From Acidimicrobiales bacterium (lineage in GTDB: Bacteria > Actinomycetota > Acidimicrobiia > Acidimicrobiales > CADCSY01), in contig DASZDK010000100.1 of the NCBI GenBank assembly GCA_035942035.1, positions 1 through 60,944 of the forward strand: a DNA stretch of 60,944 nucleotides, written 5' to 3'. Positions within the stretch are counted from its first letter, which is position 1; each line of letters starts with the position of its first letter. Below the pieces are notes generated by a model, which was given only the letters and a program-made list of their open reading frames with translations, ran no database searches and had not been told where the DNA came from. A program made the translations under genes and the position numbers. Of the stretch, positions 18,734-33,048 are shown in pieces.

Positions 18734-21700
18734 TCAAGGTCCGGGGTCGGGCAGACCGTCGAGGTAGGTGACGCAGTTCGTGCGCACCGCCGGGGTGCGG
18801 GGGCCGGGAAGGACCACTCCGGTGAGGTTGAGGGGGTCGCAGGCGTTGACCGTGACCCGCTCTCCGCAGCGCTCGCGCCTGCGGATGGCGGCCAGGGCCT
18901 CCATGGCCTCGGTCAGGGCGTACTGCTCGCCGCTGAAGCCGGCGACGAAGCGGCCGCCGCGGATGAGGCCCCGGTCCTCGAGGCGGCGAAGGGCTCGCTG
19001 GAGGTCGCGCCACGGCACGGCGAGGCCCTCGTGCACGGCGAGATCGCGGAACACCACGCCCCATCGCTGGAGGAGCTGGTCGGCCACCGCCTCGGCCAGG
19101 GTCTCGCCATCCTCCACCGGCTCGGCGTCGGGCACCAGCGCCCACCGCCCGGCGGCTCGGCCCGGACCCGCCGGAGCTCCTCTCCGCCGGCGGCTGAGGC
19201 CGCGGGCTGGTCGGGCCCGGGCACCCCGCTCGGCCACCAGGGAGCGGATGGCGGCGAAGCCGTCGGCGCTGAGCACGCCCCGGGCCACGCCGTCCCACAG
19301 GGCTTCCTCGATGTCGCTGCGCAGGCGCCCGGTGTCGTCGGCCAGCTCGGACACGAAGCGGGCTCCTTTCGCTCGCAGCACCTCGACGATCTCCGCCGTG
19401 GCCCCCACGCCCGGCACGTGGGGACGCTGCTCGAAGCGGATGGCCTGGAGTAGCCAGGCCAGGTCGTCTCGAAAGGCCAGGGCCACGGGCGTGGCCTTGG
19501 ACGGGCCGGCTCGACGGTCAGAGTCACCGGCGGCGATGGACAGGCGCAGCCACGTGACCTCGCCGTCGTGGCACAGGCGGTCCAGGTGCCCGGGCTGGTA
19601 GCCGGCCACCCGCCGAGCCAGGATCTCCGGCTCCCAGGCGGCGACCGCCGCCTCGTAGCCCTGCAGCTGCTCGACGACGGCCCGCACGCCGCCAGGGCCC
19701 TGAAGCTGGGTGCCGGGGGCCACGTGCTGCCAGCGCAGGAGGAAGCGCACGAAGTCCTGGGCGCTCACCGCCTCCACCGCCTTGCGCCGGTTGGTGCGGG
19801 AGTAGGCGTGCATGCGGGCCAGCAGCCGCCGGGCGCACCACTCCACCGACTCCGGGTGAGCGGGTGGCGTGTCGGGATCGGTGAACGCGCCCTGGAGGGC
19901 GAAACCGCCGTGCTCGAGGGCGGCCAGACCGACGGCCACGGTGGCAGGGGCAAGGGCGCACCCCTCGGCGAGGGCAGCGGCGGTGCGAGGGCCGGTGATC
20001 TCGAGGTGACCCCGCAGCACGGCGGCTGCCACCTGCTCCACCGGATGAGCGGGCTCCTCGACACTATCGAGCAGGACCGCGGCCTCGGCCGAGGATTCGG
20101 CGGCCCACCACCGCTCGAGCCCGTCGTCGCCGGTGGAGGAGCGGACCCGGCCACGTGTCGCCAGCTCGTCGAACCACCTCCGCCAGGCCGCCCGGGCCGG
20201 GGTGACGATCAGCGAGAGCAGCAGGTCGTGGAGCTCGTCGGCGCTGCCCACCCGTGGAGCCACCTCCTCCTCCACCCGGGCGATGGCGGCGGGGTCGAGG
20301 CGCCCCATGGTGGAAGGCTCCAGCGGCAGGCCGCGGCGCAGGGTGACGGCGTTGGTGCGCCGGTCGACGGCCTCGGCGTCGTCGAGGAAGGCGTAGGGCT
20401 TGGCGGTGAGGATCTCGTGGGCGAAGGGCGACGCCTCGGTGGTGTCGCGCAGGTGCACCCGGACGCGCCCCTCACCGATGCCGGTCAGCAGCGACTGCAA
20501 CCCGTCGATGTCGAGGCCCTCGGTCATGGTGTCGTGCACGGCTTGGCGCACCAGGGGATGGTCGGGGATCTCGATGGGCCCGGTGAGGTTCTCCTGGCAG
20601 GCGGCGGCGCCGGGGAAGACCGCGGCCATGAGGTCGTCGGCCTCCATCCGTTGGATGGGAGGGGGGTTGCGCCGTCCCCCGCGCCAGCGCAGCACCATGA
20701 GTGCCCGGTTCAGGTTCCAGCGCCATCGGCTCTGGAACATCGGCGAGTCGAGGATGGCCTGCTCCAGCACGCGGCGCACCGTGGCCGGCTTGAGGAAGTG
20801 GGCGACGTCGGCGAGGGGGAAGCTGTGGTGGGGGCCGAGCGACAGCACGACGGCGTCGTCGTTGGCCGCAGCCTGCAGCTCGAAGTCGAACGTGCGACAG
20901 AACCGCTTGCGCAGGGCCAGGCCCAGCGCCCGGTTCACCCGGCTGCCGTAGGGCGCGTGCACCACCAAGTGCATGCCGTCGACCTCGTCGAAGAAGCGCT
21001 CGAACACCACGTCAGAGGTGCTCGGCGCGACGCCGAGCACGGCCACCCCCGCGCCCACGTAGTCGACGATCTGGTCGACGGCGGCGTCGTCGAGGGCACC
21101 GACCTCGGCCAGCCAGGCCCGGGCGCCGGCGGCGTCACCAGCGGCCAGGAAGGTGGCCAGGGTCGTGCGCAGTCGGGACACCTCGGCCGACAGCTCCGCC
21201 GTGCGGCCCGGGGCCTCGCCCGTCCAGAAGGGGATGGTGGGGGCCTTGCCGGCGGCGTCGGCGACCCGCACCACCCCGCCGGTGACCTGGCGGATCTGCC
21301 AGGCGTGGGTGCCGAGGAGGAAGACGTCGCCGGCCATCGACTCGACGGCCCAGTCCTCGTTCACCGAGCCCAGGTAGAGGTCGTCGGGTTCGAGCACCAC
21401 CCGCATGTCGCCGACCTCGGGGATGGCACCACCCGAGGTGAGGGCGGCCAGGCGGGCTGACGACCGCGCCCGTACCTCGCCGTTGACCCCGTCGTGGTGC
21501 ACGTAGGCGCCCCGCCGTCCTCTGCCGGTGGTGATGCCGCGGCTGACCAGACCCAGCACCTCGTCGAAGGTCGATCGGGTGAGCCCACGGTAGGGATGGG
21601 CCCGGCGCGCCAGCGCATAGAGGTCGTCGGTGCGCCAGGCCTCGGCAGCCACCTCGGCCACGATCTGCTGGGCGAGGATGTCGAGGGGGGCCACGGCGGG

Positions 21701-22954
21701 GACGATGGCGTCGAGGGTGCCCTCGGCGATCGCCCGCACCAGGGCAGCGCACTCCACCAATTCGTCTCGGGTGAGGGGGAACAGGCGGCCCTTGGGCACG
21801 CCGCCGAGGGAGTGGTTGGCCCGCCCCACCCGCTGGAGCAAGGTGGCGATGCTGCGAGGGGTACCGATCTGGCAGACCAACTCGACCGGGCCGATGTCGA
21901 TGCCGAGCTCCAGGGAGGCGGTGGCCACCAGGGCCTTGAGCTCACCGGCCCGCAGCCGGGTCTCCACCCGGTGGCGGCGGTCCTTGGACAGCGAGCCGTG
22001 ATGGGCGGACACGGAGTCGTCACCGAGGCGCTCAGCCAGCTGGTGGGCCAGGCGCTCGGCCAGGCGGCGGCTGTTCACGAAGACGATGGTGGTGCGGTGC
22101 TCGCCCACGAGGGCGGCGATCCGGTCGAGCACGTCGGCCATCTGCGCGGCCGATGCCACCGACTCGAGCTCACCCTGAGGCAGCTCCAGGGCCAGGTCGA
22201 GACGACGGCGATGGCCGGTGTCGACCACCGCGCATGGCTGAGGGGAGCCGGTGCCGGTGAGCAGTCCGGCGCACAGGGAGACGGGGCGCTGGGTGGCGGA
22301 GAGGCCGATGCGCTGCGGGCGGGTGCAAGCCACGTGTTCCAAGCGCTCGAGGGTGAGGGCCAGGTGGCAACCTCGCTTGTCCCGGGCGAGGGCGTGGATC
22401 TCGTCGACGATGACCGTCTCGGTGGTGCGGAGCGCCTCGCGCCCACGGGCGGCGGTGAGCAGGAGGTAGAGCGACTCCGGAGTGGTGACCACGAAGTTGG
22501 GCGGGCGGCGCAGCATGGATGCCCGCTGGCTGCTGGTGGTGTCGCCGGTGCGCACCGCCACCGTGAGCGCCGGGGCGCTCAGGCCCAGCTCGGCTGCCAC
22601 CGCGCCGATCTCCTCCAGCGGGCGCTGGAGGTTCTGGGCGATGTCGACGGCCAGGGCCTTGAGCGGCGAGACGTAGACCACCTGCGTCCGGCCGGTGACG
22701 TCGGCGCCCTCGGCTGACGCCCGGTACAGGCGGTCGATGCCGACCAGGAAACCGGCCAGGGTCTTGCCCGAGCCGGTGGGGGCGGCCACGAGCGTGTCTC
22801 GCCCCGCCCCGATGTGGGCCCAGCCCTCCGCCTGCGCCGGCGTTGGCCCTTCGGGAAAGCGGCGGGCGAACCAGGTGGCCACCGCGGGGTGGAAGCCGGT
22901 CAGCGCTGGCGGCAGCGGGCCCTGTTCCCGCTCGGGCGCCTCGACGACAGCCAT
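18734..22954 (-). CDS. lhr: Lhr-family ATP-dependent DEAH-box helicase (long form, ~1406 aa)
   Basis: [14 protein letters not shown] Walker [10 protein letters not shown] and the long Lhr-type C-terminal extension. ATG 22954 (MAVVEAP...) was chosen because the 56-aa ORF extension would run over the glgX start. Confidence 0.9.
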   Translation of the reverse strand: MAVVEAPEREQGPLPPALTGFHPAVATWFARRFPEGPTPAQAEGWAHIGAGRDTLVAAPTGSGKTLAGFLVGIDRLYRASAEGADVTGRTQVVYVSPLKALAVDIAQNLQRPLEEIGAVAAELGLSAPALTVAVRTGDTTSSQRASMLRRPPNFVVTTPESLYLLLTAARGREALRTTETVIVDEIHALARDKRGCHLALTLERLEHVACTRPQRIGLSATQRPVSLCAGLLTGTGSPQPCAVVDTGHRRRLDLALELPQGELESVASAAQMADVLDRIAALVGEHRTTIVFVNSRRLAERLAHQLAERLGDDSVSAHHGSLSKDRRHRVETRLRAGELKALVATASLELGIDIGPVELVCQIGTPRSIATLLQRVGRANHSLGGVPKGRLFPLTRDELVECAALVRAIAEGTLDAIVPAVAPLDILAQQIVAEVAAEAWRTDDLYALARRAHPYRGLTRSTFDEVLGLVSRGITTGRGRRGAYVHHDGVNGEVRARSSARLAALTSGGAIPEVGDMRVVLEPDDLYLGSVNEDWAVESMAGDVFLLGTHAWQIRQVTGGVVRVADAAGKAPTIPFWTGEAPGRTAELSAEVSRLRTTLATFLAAGDAAGARAWLAEVGALDDAAVDQIVDYVGAGVAVLGVAPSTSDVVFERFFDEVDGMHLVVHAPYGSRVNRALGLALRKRFCRTFDFELQAAANDDAVVLSLGPHHSFPLADVAHFLKPATVRRVLEQAILDSPMFQSRWRWNLNRALMVLRWRGGRRNPPPIQRMEADDLMAAVFPGAAACQENLTGPIEIPDHPLVRQAVHDTMTEGLDIDGLQSLLTGIGEGRVRVHLRDTTEASPFAHEILTAKPYAFLDDAEAVDRRTNAVTLRRGLPLEPSTMGRLDPAAIARVEEEVAPRVGSADELHDLLLSLIVTPARAAWRRWFDELATRGRVRSSTGDDGLERWWAAESSAEAAVLLDSVEEPAHPVEQVAAAVLRGHLEITGPRTAAALAEGCALAPATVAVGLAALEHGGFALQGAFTDPDTPPAHPESVEWCARRLLARMHAYSRTNRRKAVEAVSAQDFVRFLLRWQHVAPGTQLQGPGGVRAVVEQLQGYEAAVAAWEPEILARRVAGYQPGHLDRLCHDGEVTWLRLSIAAGDSDRRAGPSKATPVALAFRDDLAWLLQAIRFEQRPHVPGVGATAEIVEVLRAKGARFVSELADDTGRLRSDIEEALWDGVARGVLSADGFAAIRSLVAERGARARPARGLSRRRRGAPAGPGRAAGRWALVPDAEPVEDGETLAEAVADQLLQRWGVVFRDLAVHEGLAVPWRDLQRALRRLEDRGLIRGGRFVAGFSGEQYALTEAMEALAAIRRRERCGERVTVNACDPLNLTGVVLPGPRTPAVRTNCVTYLDGLPDPGP

Positions 22955-23060
22955 CGCGGTGAGGGTAGCGACGCCCGGTGACGGTCGACGGATATCGGCC
23001 TTGCGGCAGGCTCGCGGACGGCCAGTGGCGAGCCGGGCGGGGACGGCTAGCGTCGCTCCG

Positions 23061-25171
<2,111 letters not shown>

Positions 25172-25175
<4 letters not shown>

Positions 25176-27895
25176 CCGCGGCAGCAGGGGGGCGGGAGGG
25201 CGATCACCGGCCGGCGCCGCTCGCGACCTACCGGCTGCAGCTCCGCCCGGAGTTCGGTTTCGACGACGCCGCCGAGGTGGCGCCGTACCTGGCTGCCCTC
25301 GGTGTCTCGCACCTCTACAGCTCGCCGGCGCTCCAGGCAGCAGCAGGCAGCACCCACGGCTACGACGTAGTCGACCACGCCCGGGTCAACGAAGACCTCG
25401 GTGGGGCGCCCGCCTTCGCCCGGTTGACCCAGGCCCTCGGTGCTGCCGGCCTGGGCCAGGTCCTCGACATCGTTCCCAACCACATGGCCATCACCGTCGA
25501 CAACGCCTGGTGGCAGGACGTGCTCGAGAACGGGCCCTCCAGCCGCTGGGCGGCCTACTTCGACGTCGACTGGGAGGGCCCGGAGTCCAAGCTGCGTAAC
25601 ACCGTGCTGATGCCCGTGCTGGGCGATCACTACGGGCGGGTCCTGGAGGCGGGAGAGCTGATGCTCGAGCGCCAGCGCGGGACCTTCCTGGTGAGCTACT
25701 TCGATCATCGCTTCCCCGTGGCCCCCCGCTCCTTCGATCTGCCCCTGGCGCTGGCCGGCGCCGCCCTGCGCTCGGCCGGACACGCCTTCGCCGACGACGT
25801 CGAGTTCCTCGCCGCCGCCTTCAGCTCCCTCCCGCCGGCCACGGCCGTCGACGCCATCAACGTGCGCCACCGCCACCGGGACAAGGAGGTCCTCAAGCGC
25901 CAACTGGCCCGCCTGTGCGAGGAGGAGGCCTCGGTGGCCGCCGCCGTCGACGCCGCCGTGGAGGAGATCAACGGCGACGTCGACCTGCTCGACGCCCTGC
26001 TCGATCGCCAGAACTTCCGCCTGGCCTTTTGGCGCACGGCGGGCCGTGAGCTCGACTACCGGCGCTTCTTCGACATCACCACGCTGGCGGCCCTGCGCAT
26101 GGAGGACGCCCAGGTCTTCGACGACACCCACGCCTTGGTGCTGCAGTGGCTGGCCCAAGGCGTGCTCGATGGACTGCGGATCGACCATCCCGACGGTCTG
26201 CGTGATCCCGAGGCCTACTTCCGCCGCCTGCGGAAGGCGGCCCCGGCGGCCTGGGTGGTGGTCGAGAAGATCCTGGAGCATGGTGAGGACCTGCCTTCCG
26301 CGTGGCCGGTCGACGGCACCACCGGCTACGACTTCGCCAACCGGGTAGGAGGGCTGTTCGTCGACCCGGCCGGTGAAGCGCCTCTCACGGGCGCCTACGC
26401 CAACTTCACCGGCGAGCCCACCGATTGGGCCGAAGTGGCCTACGAGAAGAAGCACCTGGTCATGCGCGACGTGCTCGCCGCCGACGTCAGCCGCCTCACG
26501 CACCGGTTCGTGTCCGTGTGCGAGGCGTCCCGCCGGTACCGGGACTTCACCCGGCACGAGCTCCACGAGGCCCTAAAGGACGTCCTCGCCTGCTTCCCGG
26601 TGTACCGGACCTACGTCGATGCCGAGGGAAAGGTGAGTGAGGCCGACGAGATTCGCATCGCTGGTGCCCTGGCCGAGGCCGCAGCACGGCGTCCCGATCT
26701 GGACCCCGAGCTGTTCGACCTGCTGGGAGCGGTGCTGCGGGGGCGGATGGGAGGGCGAGAGGGCACCGAGCTGTCGCTGCGGTTCCAGCAGGTCAGCGGG
26801 CCCGTCATGGCCAAGGCCGTGGAGGACACCGCCTTCTACACCTACAACCGGCTGGTGTCGCTGAACGAGGTGGGCGGTGATCCCAGCGTGTTCGGTACCG
26901 ACCCCGTCGCCTTCCACGACGCCATGGCCGCCACCCACCGCGCCTGGCCCCGGGCCATGCTGGCTTCCTCCACCCACGACACCAAGCGCAGTGAGGACGT
27001 CAGGGCCCGCATCTCGCTGCTCTCGGAGATCCCTGGCGACTACGGGCGGGCCGTGCGGCGGTGGGCGGAGGGCAACCGGCGCCACCGCACGTCGACCCCC
27101 GGCGGAGCCGATCTTCCCGACCGCAACATCGAGTGGCTGCTCTACCAGACGCTCGTCGGGGCCTGGCCGCTGCCGGTGGAGCGGGCGGTGGCCTACGTCG
27201 AGAAAGCCACCCGGGAGGCCAAGGTCCACACCAGCTGGATCGACCCCGACTCCGAGTACGACGACGCAGTGCGGCGGTTCGTGGAGGCGGCCCTGGCCGA
27301 CGACGACTTCCTCGCCGACCTGGCGGAGTTCGTGACCCCACTGGTCGAGCCCGGCCGCGTCAACAGCCTGGCTGCCCAGCTGGTGAAGTGCACGGCGCCG
27401 GGGGTTCCGGACGTGTACCAGGGCAGCGAGCTATGGGACCTCAGCCTGGTCGATCCCGACAACCGTCGCCCCGTCGACTTCGCCCTGCGGTCCGACCTGC
27501 TGGCACAGGTGGCAGGCATGGACGTGGCCGAGGTGTGCCGGCGGGGCGACGAGGGCCTGCCCAAGCTCCACGTCACCCGAGCTGCCCTGCACCTGCGCCG
27601 GCAGGTGCCCGAGGCATTCGGGCCGGGTGTGGCCGGCGCCTACCGACCGCTGGTCGCCGAGGGCCAGGCGGCCGACCACGTCGTGGCCTTCGCCCGAGGC
27701 GAGCGCGTCGTCACCGTGGTTCCCCGCCTGGTGCTGGGCTTGGCCCGGCGGGGCGGATGGGGCGACACCACCGTGGAGGTTCCCGCCGGCGCGTGGCGGG
27801 ACGAGCTCACCGGAGCGGCCGTCGAGGGCGGCTCGGTGTCGCTGGCCTCGTTGCTGAGCACGTTCCCCGTCGCTCTGCTGCGGCTCGGGAGGTAG
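25172..27895 (+). CDS. treY: Malto-oligosyltrehalose synthase
   Basis: [34 protein letters not shown]-terminus and 907-aa length. GTG 25172 overlaps the glgX stop (GTGA). Confidence 0.93.
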
Positions 27896-27938
27896 GAATC
27901 CGTTTGATCCGCCATCGCACCTCGTCGACACCACGACC

Positions 27939-29720
27939 GTGGTGGTGCCCCGATCGGCAAAGATGGCGGCCATGACCACGTTCCGGGTGTGGGCGCCTCG
28001 TGCCGACAGGGTGGAGCTCGACTGCGGCGACCGACCGGTGCCGATGCGCGAGACCGAGAGGGGCTGGTGGGTCGTCGAGCTGCCCGAGGTCGGCCCCGGC
28101 ACGGACTACGCCTTCCGCCTCGACGGCTCGGAGCCACTGCCCGATCCCCGCTCGCCGTTCCAACCCTCGGGAGTGCACGGCCCCTCGCGGGTGGTCGACC
28201 ACGACGCCTTCGCCTGGGGCGACGAGGGCTGGCGTGGTTTCCACCTGCCCTCGGCCCTGCTCTACGAGCTCCATGTCGGCACCTTCAGCCCGAAGGGCAC
28301 CTTCGACGGCGTCATCGACCGCCTCGACCACCTGGTCGAGCTCGGCGTCACGGCGGTGGAAGTCCTTCCAGTGGCGGAGTTCCCCGGCAGCCGCAACTGG
28401 GGGTACGACGGCGTCGACCTGTACGCCCCGCACCACGACTACGGCGGCCCTGATGGGTTCAAGCGACTGGTCGACGCCTGCCATGCCCGGGGCCTCGGCG
28501 TGGTCCTCGACGTCGTCTACAACCACCTCGGTCCCGAGGGGAACTACCTGGAGCGGTTCGGGCCCTACTTCACCTCGTTCTACGCCACGCCCTGGGGCCA
28601 GGCGGTCAACTTCGACCAGCGGGGCAGCGACGAGGTTCGCCGGTTCGTGATCGACAACGCACTGGGATGGCTGCGCGACTACCACGTCGACGCCCTCCGG
28701 GTCGACGCCGTCCACGCCATCGTCGACACCTCGGCGCTCCACATCCTCGAGCAGCTCGCCACCGAGGTGGCCGGCCTGGCCGCCACCGAGAACCGGCCGC
28801 TGTGGCTCATCGCCGAATCGGATCTCAACGATCCCCGGGTGGTGCGCCCGCCGGCGGTCGGCGGCTACGGGATGGACGCGCAGTGGAGCGACGACTTCCA
28901 CCACGCCCTGCACACCGTCCTCACCGGCGAGCACGAGGGCTACTACGCCGACTTCGGCGCCCTGGCCGACCTGGCCACCGCCCTGGCCGACGTGTGGGTC
29001 TACGCCGGGCGGTGGGCGCCGTCCCGGGGCCGCACCCACGGCCGCCCCCCCACCGGGCTCCCTGGGTGGGCCTTCCTCGGCTACCTGCAGAACCACGACC
29101 AGGTGGGCAACCGGGCCCTCGGCGACCGCATCGGAGCCAGCCTGTCCACGGGGAGGTTGAAGGTCGGAGCGGCGCTGTACCTGACGGCGCCGTTCGTCCC
29201 CATGGTCTTCCAGGGGGAGGAGTGGGCCAGCGCCACTCCCTTCCAGTACTTCACCAGCCACGAGGATCGTGAGCTGGGCCGTCTCGTCCGCCAGGGCCGG
29301 CGCTCGGAGTTCGCCGCCTTCGGGTGGGCGGCCGAGGAGGTGCCCGACCCCCAGGAGCGCTCCACCTTCGAGCGGTCGAGACTCGATTGGAAGGAGCTGG
29401 AGCGATCCCCGCACGCCGAGGTCCTCGAGTGGTACCGCTCCCTCATCGCCCTGCGCCGGCGCACGCCGGGGTTCAGCGACGGGCGTCGCGACCTGGTCCG
29501 GGTGCGCTACGACGAGCAGGCCCGGTGGTTGATCGTCGAGCGGGGCGAGCTCCGGGTGGCGGCCAACCTCGGACACACCGACCAGAAGCTCGACTTGGGC
29601 GAGGGGGCGGGGACCACTCTCCTCCTGGCGTCAGACGACGCCGTCTCGCTGGACGACCGCTTCGCCACCCTCCCACCCGACACGGTGCTCATCACCGGGC
29701 CGGCCTCGGTGGCGGGATAG
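27939..29720 (+). CDS. treZ: Malto-oligosyltrehalose trehalohydrolase
   Basis: FRVWAPRADRVEL..., GH13 motifs VVLDVVYNHLGPEGNY and ALRVDAVHAI. The true start is probably ATG 27963 or 27972. Confidence 0.92.
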   Translation: MVVPRSAKMAAMTTFRVWAPRADRVELDCGDRPVPMRETERGWWVVELPEVGPGTDYAFRLDGSEPLPDPRSPFQPSGVHGPSRVVDHDAFAWGDEGWRGFHLPSALLYELHVGTFSPKGTFDGVIDRLDHLVELGVTAVEVLPVAEFPGSRNWGYDGVDLYAPHHDYGGPDGFKRLVDACHARGLGVVLDVVYNHLGPEGNYLERFGPYFTSFYATPWGQAVNFDQRGSDEVRRFVIDNALGWLRDYHVDALRVDAVHAIVDTSALHILEQLATEVAGLAATENRPLWLIAESDLNDPRVVRPPAVGGYGMDAQWSDDFHHALHTVLTGEHEGYYADFGALADLATALADVWVYAGRWAPSRGRTHGRPPTGLPGWAFLGYLQNHDQVGNRALGDRIGASLSTGRLKVGAALYLTAPFVPMVFQGEEWASATPFQYFTSHEDRELGRLVRQGRRSEFAAFGWAAEEVPDPQERSTFERSRLDWKELERSPHAEVLEWYRSLIALRRRTPGFSDGRRDLVRVRYDEQARWLIVERGELRVAANLGHTDQKLDLGEGAGTTLLLASDDAVSLDDRFATLPPDTVLITGPASVAG

Positions 29721-29734
29721 CGCCTGCGCCGGCG

Positions 29735-31150
29735 TCAGGCGTCGGTGACCGAGGCCAGGGCGCGGATCTTGTTGGCGGCGTCGAGGCCGGCGACCTTGTA
29801 GGCCTCGGCCAGCGTCGGGTAGTTGAACACGGCGTTCACCAGGTAGTCGACGCCGCCGCCGTTGGCCATGAGCGCCTGGCCGATGTGCACCAGCTCGGTG
29901 GCGCCGGCGCCGAGGATGTGGACCCCGAGGAGGCTCTGGTCGTCCGGGGAGACGAGGAGCTTCAACAGCCCGTGGGAGTCACCGATGATCTGGCCCGAGG
30001 CCAGCTCGCGGTAGCGGGCCATGCCCACCTCGTAGGGCACGGCGGCGGCGGTGAGCTCGTCCTCGGTGCGCCCGACGTAGCTGATCTCGGGGATGGTGTA
30101 GATGCCGATGGGCACCAGGTCGCTCAGCGGCGGGGCCGGCTCCCCCAGAGCGTGCAGCACGGCTAGGCGGCCCTGCTCCATGGAGGTGGAGGCCAGGGCG
30201 GGGAACCCGACCACGTCGCCCACGGCGTAGATGTGGTCGACCTGGGTCTGGAAGTGGTCGTTCACCGGGATGCGTCCCCGCTCGTCGGCGGTCAGCCCGG
30301 CGGCGGGCAGGTCGAGGGCGTCGGTGACGCCCTGGCGGCCGGCCGAGTAGAGCACGACGTCGGCGAGGATGCGCTTGCCGCTGGCCAGCGTGGCGATGGC
30401 CTGCCCACTGCGGCGGTCGACCGAGGTGACGTGCTCGCCGAAGCGGAACACCGTGCCCAGGTCGCGCAGGGAGAAGCGAAGGGCCTCGACGATCTCGGCG
30501 TCGCAGAACTCGAGCATGCGGTCCCGCCGCTCGACCACGGTCACCTTGGTGCCCAGGGCGGCGAACATCGAGGCGTACTCCATGCCGATGACGCCGGCGC
30601 CGACGACCACCAACGAAGAGGGGATCTGCTCGAGGTGGATGACGCTGTCGGAGTCGATGACGGTGCGGCCGTCGAACTCCACCGAGGCCGGGCGGGCCGG
30701 GCGGGTGCCGGTGGCGATCACGATGTGCTCGGCCCGCACCAGCCGCTCGTCACCTTCTCGGCGACGGACGGCGACGGTGTGGGGGTCGACGAAACGGCCG
30801 GTCCCGTTCAGCATCGTCACCCGGTTGCGCACGAGTTGGTCGCGCACCACATGGGCCTCCCGCTCGACGACGTGGGTGGTGCGGGATATGAGGTCCTGGA
30901 CGGTGATCTCCTGCTTGACCCGGTAGCTCTGCCCGTACATCTCCCGCTGCATGAGCCCCGTCAGGTGGACCACCGCCTCGCGCATGGTCTTGGACGGGAT
31001 GGTGCCGGTGTGCAGGCACACACCCCCGACGGTGGGCGAGCGCTCCACCACCGCGGCGCGCCGGCCCAGCTTGGCGGCGGCGATGGCGGCCTTCTGGCCG
31101 CCGGGCCCGCTGCCGATGACGATGAGGTCGAAGTCTTCGGAAGTCGCCAC
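29735..31150 (-). CDS. sthA: Soluble pyridine nucleotide transhydrogenase (Si-specific) / FAD-dependent pyridine nucleotide-disulfide oxidoreductase family
   Basis: [13 protein letters not shown] motif. [13 protein letters not shown] carries a single Cys in the place of the redox disulfide, as in SthA. A second dinucleotide fold is present ([13 protein letters not shown]). Confidence 0.8.
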   Translation of the reverse strand: MATSEDFDLIVIGSGPGGQKAAIAAAKLGRRAAVVERSPTVGGVCLHTGTIPSKTMREAVVHLTGLMQREMYGQSYRVKQEITVQDLISRTTHVVEREAHVVRDQLVRNRVTMLNGTGRFVDPHTVAVRRREGDERLVRAEHIVIATGTRPARPASVEFDGRTVIDSDSVIHLEQIPSSLVVVGAGVIGMEYASMFAALGTKVTVVERRDRMLEFCDAEIVEALRFSLRDLGTVFRFGEHVTSVDRRSGQAIATLASGKRILADVVLYSAGRQGVTDALDLPAAGLTADERGRIPVNDHFQTQVDHIYAVGDVVGFPALASTSMEQGRLAVLHALGEPAPPLSDLVPIGIYTIPEISYVGRTEDELTAAAVPYEVGMARYRELASGQIIGDSHGLLKLLVSPDDQSLLGVHILGAGATELVHIGQALMANGGGVDYLVNAVFNYPTLAEAYKVAGLDAANKIRALASVTDA

Positions 31151-31256
31151 GTGGTGAGGGTGATCGGGAACGCCCTGCCTCCGGCGGCGAACCTACCCCC
31201 GGGCTGGCGAAAGCACGAGGTGGAGCGCTGGCACGCTGGCCGGCGTTGTCTCAGGG

Positions 31257-31340
31257 CCCGGCGCAGAACTACTTGGCCGATCCAGTGAGGCACCTCGCAG
31301 GTGGAAGGGCCTGCGGACGCGCAAGTAGTTCTGCGCCGGG
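31257..31340. repeat. Perfect 19-bp inverted repeat (CCCGGCGCAGAACTACTTG / CAAGTAGTTCTGCGCCGGG) with a 46-nt spacer containing a small internal hairpin (CACCT-CGC-AGGTG)
   Basis: Read directly. The arms are 31257-31275 and 31322-31340. The element starts 4 nt after the stop of the DMT gene and lies upstream of sthA. There is no T-tract. Confidence 0.55.
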
Positions 31341-31343
31341 TCC

Positions 31344-32351
31344 TCAGGCGGGAAGCGATCCCGGGGCCGGGGGAGTGGCCGGCGCCGCCCTTCGGCGAGC
31401 GGTGCCCAGCAGGACTCCGGCGAGAACCAGGCAGGCGCCGAGGAGCTGGGCGGCCGAGGGTGCCTCCCCGAGCACGGCGGCGGCAAGGAGGACGGCGGCT
31501 CCCGGCTGGAGGAGCAGGAGCATTGAGGTGACCGCCGCCGGCAGGCGGGGCAGGGACACGGAGATGAACAACCAGCCCGACACCTGGGCGGTGAGGGCCA
31601 GCAGCGCCAACCACCCGTGGGCGGGCCAGGACGGCGACAGGTCGAGCTCCCCGGTCACCGCGGCCAGCAGCGCCGCCACGACGGCGGCGACGGCGGTGAC
31701 CTCGAACAGGGTGCCGGCCAGGCGGCCGTCGCGGGTGGCTTGGCGGTGGACCAGGATGAACCCGGCGTAGACGACGGAGGTGGTGGCGCCGAAGATCACG
31801 CCCAGGGCCGGGTCCTCGCCGTAGGCGCCCTGCCCGATGACGCCGGAGATGAGCACCACGCCCACCAGCACCACCGGGGTGGCCCCCAGCAGCCGACGGT
31901 CTGGGCGCTCGGCGAGGAGCACCCACGCCGCCAGACCCACCACGAGCACCTGCAGGTTCCCGAGCACGGTTGCCAAGCCGGCACCCACAGCGCCGATGGC
32001 GTGGTGCCACAGGACCAGATCGAGGGCGAACAGGGCGCCGGCGACGAGGTGGTACCGGTGCTGGCGGGCTGGCTCCGCCGGCGTCCGTCTGGCCGCGCCC
32101 GCTCGGCCACCGCCGGCAACGGCCAACCGCCGGCGACGCTCGAAAAGAGCGAGCACACCCAGGACTGGCGCGGCGTAGGAGAAGCGGAACACCGCAGCCG
32201 TGGCCGGCGCCACGTCGGCCAGCCGCACCAGCACACCGGACGTGGCGATGCAGAGCGCGCCGGCGACGGCTGACAGGGCGGGCCGTCGGGCCAGGGCGGC
32301 CAGCACCGGGAGCAGAGCAGCGGGTGCCGTGGGCGCTCCCACCACCGCCAT
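31344..32351 (-). CDS. EamA/DMT-family transporter
   Basis: 335-aa protein with about 10 hydrophobic helices in two EamA-like halves. Confidence 0.75.
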   Translation of the reverse strand: MAVVGAPTAPAALLPVLAALARRPALSAVAGALCIATSGVLVRLADVAPATAAVFRFSYAAPVLGVLALFERRRRLAVAGGGRAGAARRTPAEPARQHRYHLVAGALFALDLVLWHHAIGAVGAGLATVLGNLQVLVVGLAAWVLLAERPDRRLLGATPVVLVGVVLISGVIGQGAYGEDPALGVIFGATTSVVYAGFILVHRQATRDGRLAGTLFEVTAVAAVVAALLAAVTGELDLSPSWPAHGWLALLALTAQVSGWLFISVSLPRLPAAVTSMLLLLQPGAAVLLAAAVLGEAPSAAQLLGACLVLAGVLLGTARRRAAPATPPAPGSLPA

Positions 32352-32389
32352 GTCGACCGAAGCTAGCGGTCACCCCTACGCTCACCTCG

Positions 32390-32731
32390 GTGGAGGACCG
32401 CTTCCAGTACCTGAAGCTGATGGGAGCGTGCCTGGTCCTCACCTTGCCACTGGAGTTCGCCTACCAGGCTCGGGTGTGGCGGCGCCCCCGCCGGCTGGTG
32501 CGGGCGCTGACGCCCACCCTGGCTATCTTCATCCCGTGGGACCTCCTCGCCTTCCGCGCCGGCCACTGGCGGCTCAACCCGGAGTACTCGACGGGGAAGA
32601 AGCTCCCGGGGGGACTTCCGGTCGACGAGGCGGCGTTCTTCGTCGCCGTGCCGATCTGCGGGCTGCTGTCGTACGAGGCGGTGCGCAACGGGCTGGCGGG
32701 AATGCATCCCTGGCGCGCGCCTACCCGCTGA
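32390..32731 (+). CDS. crtYc: Lycopene cyclase domain protein, first half of a heterodimeric cyclase (CrtYc-type)
   Basis: 113 aa from GTG 32390 within the ORF 31970..32731 frame. A small 3-helix membrane protein with the PWDLLA and DEAAFF motifs characteristic of the lycopene-cyclase domain. Carotenoid gene context. Confidence 0.7.
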   Translation: MEDRFQYLKLMGACLVLTLPLEFAYQARVWRRPRRLVRALTPTLAIFIPWDLLAFRAGHWRLNPEYSTGKKLPGGLPVDEAAFFVAVPICGLLSYEAVRNGLAGMHPWRAPTR

Positions 32732-33048
32732 CCTCGCTCCTGGCCGCGGCCGGGGTGGTGGGGGCCGAGGTGGGGTGGCTGCGCACCGGGGTCTTTCGCA
32801 CTAAGACCTACTGGATCTCGATGGGAATCGTGTTCGGGTTCATGGTCGGCGTCGACGGATGGATGAGCAAGCTTTCGGCGCCCATCGTCGTCTACAACCC
32901 CGACCACATCAGCGGCGTGCGCTTTCCGTGGGACATCCCGACCGAGGAGTTCGCCTACGCCTTCGCCATGCTGACGCTGCCGATCCTGTTGTGGGAGCGT
33001 GACCGGCAGGCGGCTGCTGCTGCCACCGCCGGTACGCTCGGCCCGTGA
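32728..33048 (+). CDS. crtYd: Lycopene cyclase domain protein, second half (CrtYd-type); start codon unresolved
   Basis: In the frame of ORF 32200..33048. Hydrophobic N-terminus PLTSLLAAAGVVGA... and PTEEFAYAF motif. There is no ATG/GTG early enough to keep helix 1. The first canonical starts are GTG 32755/32758. CTG 32728 overlaps the crtYc stop (CTGA). Confidence 0.6.
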   Translation: MTSLLAAAGVVGAEVGWLRTGVFRTKTYWISMGIVFGFMVGVDGWMSKLSAPIVVYNPDHISGVRFPWDIPTEEFAYAFAMLTLPILLWERDRQAAAAATAGTLGP

